Both the position numbers and the translations under genes were made by a program. Below, in pieces: positions 14,701 through 23,552 of a stretch of DNA of 64,000 bases (the stretch's first letter is position 1; each line of letters starts with the position of its first letter). Below the pieces are notes generated by a model that saw nothing but the letters and a program-made list of their open reading frames with translations, was not told where the DNA came from and made no database searches. This DNA is from Tubiluchus corallicola (Eukaryota; Animalia; Priapulida), in the NCBI GenBank assembly GCA_030141605.1, contig JAQGDQ010000566.1, positions 75,306 through 139,305 of the forward strand, given 5' to 3'.

Positions 14701-17700
14701 TCTAAAGGATTTTTGCAAAATTTGAAGGCCCTCAAGGTGGCAAACCTTCAGGGAACTGTTTTTTTTAATTAGGCCACTAAATAATGTCTGACAAAGTGGC
14801 TCCACATTCATAGAATTTTGTACTTTTCAGCCCCAGCGGATTCAAGATGGATTGATACACCAACAAGTGAAGGTGGAACAGCTCACCATTCAGAATCTGA
14901 TCCATACAAACTAGTTACCGAAATGTTAGAAGAACTGCAAATGGTCGACCTTCTGCCAACTTTTAAACAGAATAAAATACGGGTGGATAGCAATTTTGAT
15001 TAATCGTTTTTAAAATTAGTTTCACATCGTGTGTTTGATATGCATCACACAGTTATACAGATAGCAAAAATGTCAGAACTTTAGTGCCAATTAGCCCCTG
15101 AGATTGCAAAATGTCATAACTTTAGTGCCAATTAGCCCCTGAGATTGCAAAATGTCAGAACTTTAGTGCCAATTAGCCCCTGAGACTGCAAAATGTCAGA
15201 CTTTAGTGCCAATTAGCCCCTGAGACTGCAAAATGTCAGACTTTATTGCCAATTAGCCCCTGAGACTGTAAAATGTCAGAACTTTAGTGCCAATTAGCCC
15301 CTGAGACTGCAAAATGTCAGACTTTAGTGCCAATTAGCCCCTGAGACTGCAAAATGTCAGAACTTTAGTGCCAATTAGCCCCTGAGACTGTAAAATGTCA
15401 GAACTTTAGTGCCAATTAGCCCCTGGGACTGCAAAATCTCAGACTTTAGTGCCAATTAGCCCCCGAGACAGCAAAATGTGAGAACTTTAGTGCCAATTAG
15501 CCCCTGAGACTGTAAAATGTCAGAACTTTAGTGCCAATTAGCCCCTTAGACTGTAAAATGTCAAAACTTTAGTGCCAATTAGCCCCTGGGACTGCAAAAT
15601 CTCAGACTTTAGTGCCAATTAGCCCCTGAGACTGCAAAATCTCAGACTTTAGTGCCAATTAGCCCCTGAGACTGCAAAATCTCAGACTTTAGTGCCAATT
15701 AGCCCCTGAGACTGCAAAATCTCAGACTTTAGTGCCAATTAGCCCCTGAGACTGCATAATCTCAGACTTTAGTGCCAATTAGCCCTTGAGACTGCAAAAT
15801 CTCAGACGTTAGTGCCAATTAGCCCCTGAGACTGCAAAATCTCAGACTTTAGTGCCAATTAGCCCCTGAGACTGCACTTTCCAAATTTTGGGAGCCCCAA
15901 CTTTGCATCACAAATTTGATTTTAAAATTTAAATTTTTTTTTGTTTATTTTTACTTAAGAGATGCTGTTTTTACAGACATTAAGCATTTCTGTAAATGCA
16001 AAAGTGTGTACAAGGTTGTATTAGGTTGATCAGTTCTTACAACGGATTACTTATAACTTTGCAGTTTATGCGACTAATAATTGTTGTTCAAGCTTCTAGT
16101 ATTAATGCTCAGTATAAAAACATTGATGACGATTTACAGCATGCAATGTCTTTTTTTTTACACTCTAGGATAAGATTCTGTCAGCTGATTTCTCCGCTTT
16201 ATCGGAACTACTAAAAGAATGTGATATTCCTAGAGGTTATGTGTTTGAGCTGATTCAGTACCTGAAGATAAAGAGTAAGTGCTCAAGATTAAGATTATGA
16301 TAAAAATACATATTTAAAACCCAAGAATATGTGTGAGCAGTGCATCTCCGTGAGTACGTTTTTAGTCGGTAACAAACACCTCACTTTTGCTATGGCTGAT
16401 AATTTCGTTCAGTAGAGTACTAAGTTTTATTAGGCAGGTAATGACTGTGAACGCCAGAATGCTCATAAACCATCACGATTCATCTCACAACAATTATTAC
16501 CCATTGCGGGTAATGAGTTAAGAAAAAAGGAGACGCTGAAATTTCATCCTTGTGACAGATAATCCAACAGCACCACAAGGGTGAAATCTCGGGCCTGCTC
16601 TGTCATGTTGAACTGGTAACTGGTAGAGCGGGAGGTCTAATCCCAGGGCTTTGTATTCAATTCCCAACTGGTTCACAGTTTTTCTTTTCCGCATCTCCTT
16701 TCTTCAACTCATGACCCGCAATGAGTAATAATTGTTGTAATATAACCCACAATGGTTTATGAACATTCTGGCATTCATTCGCAGTGATAATCTAGTAAAT
16801 CATATTGTTAATTGTCAGCTAATTTGATAGAAGTTGATACCATAAGTGCCAAGTTTCATGAGCATGTTCTGCTCTTCTAGCGACAAAGTCACCATTGTAG
16901 TCAAGATTAAATACTGAAACTCTGATTTGAATGTATTTTAACAGTTTGGGTCAATTACTTTTAAAATGTAGTATCACTACAAATACATTTATTCTTCTGA
17001 AAAATAGTTTCACACCCCTACAAATACTCTTATAAAAAAGTAGTTGCAACTACAACTACTCTGTAGAATTAGTGTTACTACAATAGGCACTACTATCTAC
17101 TTTTGTTTTGCAACTTCTGGGCAAATTCCAAAATATAGGTGGAACATTAAAAGAGCGGTAGCAGTCACTGACAACTAAATTGTTTAGTGACAGCTAAACA
17201 AACCCAAGTAGAAAATTTCTCAAATTGCATCAAGGTTCCAACGAAGCAGCTTATTTAGGATTCTAAAGAGACACCTGAAGGTCATTCATTCATTGTCAAC
17301 ACAATAGTAAGTGATTCATTAAAATATTATTCATGTGACACTTCATTTTTATATCATGCGATAAACTGCTGTTCATATTTCAAAAACTTAATTTTTTAAA
17401 GTTGCTGTCACTAAGCAAAATATGTTTTCCAAGAAGAGACACAAATAACGATGACCAGCGAGGCATGTTACACATAAAAGACTTACTTCACCGTGGCCTA
17501 AATCATTACAACTACGTATGCAGTTACACAGCTTGCTGAAGCTGTAGACGTCAGGGACGCATGCTGCAAAAACACAACTCACCATGCAGACATTAATTGT
17601 CAGTTGCAAGAATTAAACGCAGTGCTGTAGTGCCATTACAGTTTACCGGTGTTTGTGTTCAGAGTAGTGGTCTACTTCACTATGTAGTGGCACTGCTGCA

Positions 17701-20700
17701 GTGGCGTTACTACCCAACAGTGGATTTAACTGCAGTTTATTTCAACAGAAACTGAAATTGAAGAAAAGCTGGCGAAACAGCATTCTGAGAAGCATATAGA
17801 AATAGAGCTCAAGCAGGCTGATGTTGAGTTGCATAACATTGAAAGAAAGCCAAAAGTTATGAAACTTGTCCCGCTGGAAAGACCTCCAGTTGACAGTGCA
17901 ACTGAAGCAGTGGTGCCATCCTGTGAAGAGCTAGTCAAACCTACTACATTGGTAAGATTTCTTTGATGAGTTTTAATGTCGTTTTACGTACTGTTTAGCT
18001 GATGTTTAACTATGATGGAGTAATCTACCAGCTGTTATTAATTACCAATACGTTGCTGTTTCATTTTAATTATGCTTCTCTAATTGTTCTCTTCTCTTCT
18101 CTAAAATAAAGAAACAATTTTAAAACAAAGAAAAGGCATGACGTTTCAAACCACTGCTGCAATCAGGTGTAAAAATGAAAGAAGAAAAATCACATAAGAT
18201 ACTAAAACTTATTTTTCGTTTTTTATATATTACTTATACGTAAAAATACCACATTTAAAAGTTAAATGTGGTATACAAACACATTTACAAAAATACAATC
18301 AAATATTAAAATCATGGAGGTACTCAAAATGGAAAAACTGAAGTATCACTGGCCACAATCGCTGTAACTGCAAGAGACACACAAAAGTGTGGAAGTGCCT
18401 CTGTGTTTGAAATAGGATTGTGACTATATCCTTTTTGGTGTAGTATTTTACGTGTAAATAGTATAAAAAAAATCCCAAAAATTAGTTTTACTATTTGTGT
18501 GGTTTTTTTCTTCTCTTTTTTCCACCTTATGATAAACCTCGGTGGCTGTTTGAAATATCGTGCTTTTTTATTATTTTACTAGTGAGATTTTTTAGTAATT
18601 AATAAATGTTTTTATCTCGTCTGTTAAGTGTAACTCTGATTTTGCTCAATGCACAGAAATAAATTTCAATACCAACAACTCCAGATTTGTGTAAGTGGAA
18701 AATACCTAATTCACTACTTAACTTATATAGGCCCTTCTGTCAAATTTAATTAAATCATTTATGTGAATTATACGTTTAATATTGTGTGGGCTGTGCATAT
18801 GCTTCTACTTTGGACAGGTTAAACAAATTATAAAAAAAAGTTAATTAGAATTATTACTCATTCGGATTACAGAGCTCTTACAAATGTTTTATTTAAGCAG
18901 CTTAATATTTAAAAAGTCAATAGTATTGTTTGTATGAAATTTGCGTGTAAGAAACAATACACTTCATATGTACAATACTAGGCAGTTCAATGATTACCAT
19001 ATATCAAAAATAACAATTGATGTTACGAAAGATTTTATTGGTTACCAGTCCTGTTTTATGGAATAACTTGCCGTGTAATATGAAGGAAACTAATTTGTGC
19101 TTTAAAATGGAAATGAAAATTATATTTTAATATTTTTATACCACTAAATAACTTTCATTGCAAATATTTTGCAATAGTTTAAATTTTCGAATGCTTTTTA
19201 TTTATTTATTTAGTTTAGCGAATTTAGCCTTATGTCTGGTGACTTTGTGGCCAGCTGTAATTTGTGTTATGAAAATGATGTAAATTATTTTATTTATCAG
19301 AACTGTATTTTTCATGTCATAGCTAAATGACCAAGTCTTTGTTAATGTGACTTTTCGCATACAGGAAGATATTACTATGGCAAACTTAGAAAGAAAATGG
19401 CAATTTCCGTTGAGTTTTGAATTTTCTTGCAAGCAGTCTCATTTTCTGTGCCTGGCCAATGAAGAAATTATTCAGTACTTCCTTTCTAGTTTGAGAGGAG
19501 GCAGTAAATCTTTATAGTTTAACTTTTTTCAGTGTAAAATGATCATATCACTTACTTGCACTGTTTACATCTTTGCAGGCAGCTCAGCCGACATATTCTG
19601 ATTATAGTTCAGTTGTAAAGTCTAATTTATCTGAAAGTAAGAAGCAATCAGGTGAAATCAGCAGGTCCGTGCCAACTCGTCACCGTAGTGCCTCTGGCGA
19701 CTATGCAGCAAGTGTTGCCCAATTGCCAGCCATGCTGTCGCCAACATCCTTGCCAGCTGTGCAAGGTAGCCAAAGATCTCGTAGGACTCCAGTCACAGAG
19801 ATGTTTATAAACCATCTACCGGATTTACGTAGTCCAGATGCTGAAGTCAGCATTCCATTAGATTCTGATCTGAAACCTCCATCAGCTTTTCTTCTTTCTC
19901 CGAGTTCTTCGTCTGATGGAAATAAACTTTTAAATGAGATTAAAACGCTTGGCGCCATGAAAGATGATTCGTTTGCTGCTACGCCGCTGAAATCGAGTGA
20001 TATCATTGAAAACCAACATCTACTTACAACACTTCATCAAGACATCTCAGAAGACATTGTTCACAGATGTGAAAAGTTGGAAGTTTCAGACAGTCTACCT
20101 AAGGATGCTGATGTAAAACCTGACTGGTTTAGTCCTGCCCAGTCGCCTCAGCATTTTTCTAATCAAGTGGCTGTTGATGTTTCCAGCTCTCAGAGAGCGG
20201 AAATCTCATCCGATCAGTTTCATAAAACACTGGAGAAAGCTACTGATGCCAGGGAATTGGATAAGTTTGCTCGTAAGGGAAAGCTTTGCACCCTACCAAG
20301 CTGGTCCAGTTGTATGGATTCTCCCAGTCCTGGTACACTGCCACAAGTGAAGCAAAGTGCCCAATCTCGCTCTTCACTTACAAGAGATTCTAACTTAGAG
20401 GATTGTGTTCGTAATAAATCAAGTTTGAATCCAATAGCCCCCATTTTTAACTCAAGAATGGCGGGGCGCAAACAGCCAATGAAGCCGCCGAATTTGAAAA
20501 GTTTAGCTCAGGACTTGATGGAGGGCAAATTCACGGAAACTCAAGCTGCTGATGGTGAGACTGTCTCAAGGAGAGATCTTGTCGAACAGCTTGAGAAAGT
20601 TTGCACTCCAGCTAATGTTTTTGAAGAGGAAGAATGGACACCACTGGATTGGAGCGAATCGGCTACAAATGTTCTGTCACAGTCCAATGTACAGGAGATA

Positions 20701-20952
20701 CCTGTGGAGCCTGTTACCACTACAGTACCTGCTACTGAAGCTGCACATATTGATGACAAGCATGACTATGATCAAATGGATTATTATGATTTCTCTGAGG
20801 ACGAACTTGTGCCTGTTGTTCAGGAACATGCAGTGGAAATCACTGAACAGCAGGCGAAGTTTATTTTTTCATCTGAGAGGAGGTTCTGCACAAACTGTGG
20901 CAGCCCTGACCATCTTGTCTATTCGTGCCGTGAACAACGTCTACTCATTTGA
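977..20952 (+). CDS. Multi-exon gene (5'-incomplete): MIF4G + SAM-like + PAM2-like + C-terminal CCHC zinc-knuckle protein, putative mRNA/translation regulator
   Basis: Phase-consistent exon chain: 977-1126, 1628-1714, 2194-2574, 4275-4411, 5084-5167, 6545-6667, 7279-7349, 10596-10687, 11558-11630, 12606-12766, 12893-12996, 13958-14041, 14831-14982, 16169-16274, 17749-17951, 19579-20952 (TGA). Total 3382 nt, one open frame, ~1126 aa. MIF4G-type end DCVQLVLYSVGPIMEARFLNETNKIFDAIRECALSDNVPKTTKTKMLDLLLFRSENWGRV; SAM-like VTEMLEELQMVDLLPTFKQNKIRDKILSADFSALSELLKECDIPRGYVFELIQYLK; SSLNPIAPIF; CTNCGSPDHLVYSC. Confidence 0.85.
5688..5768. repeat. (ATT)n microsatellite
   Basis: Visible directly; intronic. 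Confidence 0.95.
6765..6880 (+). mobile_element. Degenerate tRNA-derived SINE head
   Basis: A-box-like TGGCTAAGTGG (~6772) and B-box-like GGTTCAATACTC (~6852). Layout resembles the element at 27200-27485. Confidence 0.4.
8281..9083 (+). mobile_element. Non-autonomous Helitron-like element
   Basis: 5' A|TCTATAC..(TA)n start and GC-richer body. 3' hairpin CGCAAAA-TC-TTTTGCG (9055-9070) is followed after 9 nt by CTAT|T, a variant of CTAG|T. Confidence 0.6.
9249..9797 (+). repeat. TG-rich (GTGGT-based) satellite ending in a Helitron-like 3' terminus, copy 1
   Basis: Irregular GTGGT/GTGGGT/GCAGT/GGAGT/ATGGT units, then a unique tail GTTGTGTGTTGATTTGTGCACAAAATTCTTTTTGTGGGGTTTGGCTAG|T. Confidence 0.85.
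14905..16274 (+). other. SAM-like domain of gene 1, split by a phase-0 intron
   Basis: The V..L..L.M..L...F..N.I....L.......L.E..I..G....L...L pattern of sterile-alpha-motif domains runs across exons 14831-14982 and 16169-16274. Confidence 0.6.
15064..15876. repeat. 40/41-bp minisatellite, ~20 copies
   Basis: Unit GCAAAAT(G/C)TCAGA(A)CTTTAGTGCCAATTAGCCCCTGAGACT, head-to-tail with no spacers. Confidence 0.97.
16444..16787. mobile_element. Foldback/MITE-like element with ~100-bp imperfect inverted arms and a tRNA-like centre
   Basis: GCCAGAATGCTCATAAACCAT..ACAACAATTATTACCCATTGCGGGTAATGAGTT is mirrored by AACTCATGACCCGCAATGAGTAATAATTGTTGT..ATGGTTTATGAACATTCTGGC. Confidence 0.75.
18131..18570. 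mobile_element. Old foldback/MITE-like element (~130-bp degenerate inverted arms)
   Basis: AAAAGGCATGACGTTTCAAAC..GAAGAAAAATCACATAAGATACTAAAACT is mirrored by AGTTTTACTATTTGTGTGGTTTTTTTCTTC..GTTTGAAATATCGTGCTTTTT. Confidence 0.6.
18900..19140 (+). mobile_element. L2/Crack-type LINE 3' remnant
   Basis: Frameshifted peptide HMYNTRQ...(L)WNNLPCNMKE...FKMEMK resembles the ORF2 C-terminus of L2/CR1-group LINEs. Confidence 0.5.
19579..20952 (+). CDS. Terminal coding exon of gene 1: S/P/E-rich low-complexity region, PAM2-like motif (20416-20454), CCHC knuckle (20887-20928)
   Basis: 459-aa ORF preceded by acceptor ttgcag at 19578. C-x2-C-x4-H-x4-C lies 7 aa before the stop. AATAAA at 21036 and 21124. 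Confidence 0.9.
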   Translation, partial: AAQPTYSDYSSVVKSNLSESKKQSGEISRSVPTRHRSASGDYAASVAQLPAMLSPTSLPAVQGSQRSRRTPVTEMFINHLPDLRSPDAEVSIPLDSDLKPPSAFLLSPSSSSDGNKLLNEIKTLGAMKDDSFAATPLKSSDIIENQHLLTTLHQDISEDIVHRCEKLEVSDSLPKDADVKPDWFSPAQSPQHFSNQVAVDVSSSQRAEISSDQFHKTLEKATDARELDKFARKGKLCTLPSWSSCMDSPSPGTLPQVKQSAQSRSSLTRDSNLEDCVRNKSSLNPIAPIFNSRMAGRKQPMKPPNLKSLAQDLMEGKFTETQAADGETVSRRDLVEQLEKVCTPANVFEEEEWTPLDWSESATNVLSQSNVQEIPVEPVTTTVPATEAAHIDDKHDYDQMDYYDFSEDELVPVVQEHAVEITEQQAKFIFSSERRFCTNCGSPDHLVYSCREQRLLI

Positions 20953-21718
20953 ACTGAATTGTATTCAAAAAGATGCAAGTTTCCAAATTTGTGGTTTCTT
21001 GATGCATCAGAAATGTTTTGTTACTTCAACTTCCTAATAAATGCGCCACATTTTCCAGAAACTTTCTCTTTTTGTAACTCCATTCAGTGTTATCTCTCAT
21101 TTATGTATCTTTTCTACTTGCAAAATAAATGTTTTAGTATCCTAGCTTAAAGACTACCTTATATGTTTTTAAAAACACAAAAGAGCAATAATTATTCTTG
21201 TTTTACTAATGTATAGTTACAAACGAAACTTCAGTTTAAAAACACTGTATTTTTTATTTTGTCTGTTTTTCTTAAACTGGGATGACATGTTGAGAAAATA
21301 AGCAGTTTCACATGACTTGAGTGACAGTGAAGTTTGAAAAAGAAATTTGATTTAATTCACTCGGAGATGCGACTCCCATTCTAAACTTCATAACGGCCGG
21401 AAACGTTGTTTTTGTCATTTCAACTCAAAAACTCCTAATTCTCCACTTGTGAAGCAGATATAGCCTTTATTTGATTTGCAGTGCTTATTTTATTGTTGCC
21501 CTTGAGTGGGGTTCATGTAGCATGCAGATGTGTTTTGGGGGTGCGGAATAGATAAATTCTGTTTATATTGTTTTCAATGCACTCATTTATGCAGGCTGCA
21601 TATGCATAGCTTTTTCTGCAGCTATTTCCTATTGATTTTTTTTCTGCAGGCTGTTCTCCAGGTAGAAAATGCATCATAAATGCGACTTAATGCTAATGCA
21701 TTTTGCTTGGCATATTTA

Positions 21719-22303
21719 TCGTATATACTTATCTACAAGTCGAATTTTTGAGAGGTGATTTTAATGTCAAATTTTTGGGGGTCGACTTATACTTAAGATA
21801 TGTTTTAGGGAGATGTCGCTAAAGAGTCATCTACAATATGAATATGTAAAGAAATAATCCTTCATTATACACTGGACTGAATGAACACTCATACTGTGAT
21901 ACTTCACATCAGAGAATGTTCGCATCTTGTCATTACTTCACAAAATTAACAAATATTACTGTAATTTATTTTAATGTATGTGAAATTAAATTAAAATTTA
22001 TGTTACCAGTAAATGAACTAGCGCGGAGCACTCGATCAGCACATGGAAATCGCCAATGTTGTGCAGGTGCTGCCGCCTCTCGGCTTCCACGAGAAGTTTT
22101 ACACTGGCCTTGTATGTGCGTGTTTTATTGGCAAAATATCGATTACCATACACGCGTATATTTAACACTTCATGATTTGCTCTGGAAGATCTTAATATTT
22201 TATGGTCGACTTGTACACAGGTAATATATAAAATGATGCAATTTTTGGGCTTAAATGCACATCGACTTGTACATAAGGTCGGCTTGTACATAAGTGTATA
22301 TAG
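21719..22303. mobile_element. Tc1/mariner-pogo-like MITE
   Basis: TA|TCGTATATACTTATCTACAAGTCGA ... TCGGCTTGTACATAAGTGTATATAG|TA imperfect TIRs. Repeated subterminal GTCGACTT(A/G)TAC motifs. Confidence 0.65.
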
Positions 22304-23159
22304 TAGTTTGGCTATCAGTTCTTAACCTGGCTTCAGTGAGTCAGTCTCGGGGGGGGGGGGGGTGTTTGACGGAGGTGTTCGTGCGTGTGTCCATTCCGTT
22401 CACCAGTGTTGCTAGGTGCATTAATATACTTTGACATTCACATAATACTTTTATGGCATTTTCAATGTTTCACCATAAGAAACTGAAAGATACTGATGAA
22501 TATTTATGGTAAATTCTAAAATCTGTAGCGCAATTTATGGCAAAACACATCATTGTTATGCAGTTTTATTTTTCCAACTATGAAGGGTTCGGTGAATGCA
22601 CACGTATGAAGCTTGCGGGGTTCAGTACCTCCAGCAAGGTTAAGAACCACTGATTTTGTATAATGTACTGCTTTTTGCTGTGAATGGGCTTTTACTTATT
22701 TCTGCATGTTTTTGGAGCTTGTTAATTCACAAAGGGGAGTTTTTTAGTCCAAAAATTTGCGAGCTTTCAAAATTAGATCTATTTTACGGTACTGCACTGT
22801 TTATCTTTACTGAAATCCATTGCCTTGTTGTACTTTATTGCAGGTACTTATTGAACAAAAAAAAGTCGCATTTAGGTGTTTTTTTGCTTTGTCACAACAT
22901 TCTTGTTTTGCCATCAATAATAATAGTTATATAGTTTAATTATTGTTAAGATAGTATCTTAGAAGAAATTAAGCTAAATGAAGTAGTGGTGTGGTGATAC
23001 TTATTTTATTATTTGTCATCAGACTACAGTAGTATATGTGGTAAAATAGGCCAGTCATACTCATGCACCAGCTGAAAAATGTCTACATTTCTAAAATTGT
23101 TATTTCTGTATACGTGCATGTAGGTACGATTTATATTTGGGGGGTGTTAATTTGTATAG

Positions 23160-23552
23160 TATTGGTGAGCATCGAATGTTCGAGTTTGAACGAGCTTTTT
23201 TAGTTCGATTTCGATTTGAACCTAAAATTAAGATTCGAATAATTCAGCCCTTCAGCCACTTATGTTCTTTATCATTAAAACGTTTGAAACAGCATGGAAT
23301 TAGCAATTAGCACAATTTTGCTGCAATTTCTGTGCAAAATGTGCAATAAACTAGCAGTGGTTTTACTGCAGAACAAAATCAAGTACTCTGCATGATCTTT
23401 GTAAGGCCACTTTTTACTAGTGGTTCGAAAACAGGTTCAAAATTCTTTCAAACTCAATTCAAATTCGATTCGAAATTCGGTTCAATCTGTAGTCGAAAGT
23501 CACATATTTGATTCGATTCGAATTCGCATTCTAGTAGAGAATGCTCACCCCT
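23160..23552. mobile_element. hAT-like MITE with 8-bp TSD
   Basis: TSD TTGTATAG at 23152-23159 and 23553-23560. Termini TATTGGTGAGCAT / ATGCTCACCCTA. Many subterminal TTCGA repeats. Confidence 0.8.

Noticed and set aside
15064-15876. CRISPR-like appearance of the 40-bp repeats (also the 58-bp array at 43245)
   Set aside because: Units are head-to-tail with no unique spacers, there are no cas genes, and the context is a eukaryotic intron.
16600-16680. Functional tRNA genes (also 6770, 27400, 58850)
   Set aside because: A/B-box-like motifs are present, but no complete cloverleaf or acceptor stem; treated as SINE-derived.
19701-21037. Antisense and alternate-frame ORFs over the last exon of gene 1
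   Set aside because: Shadows of the real coding exon with no recognisable motifs.
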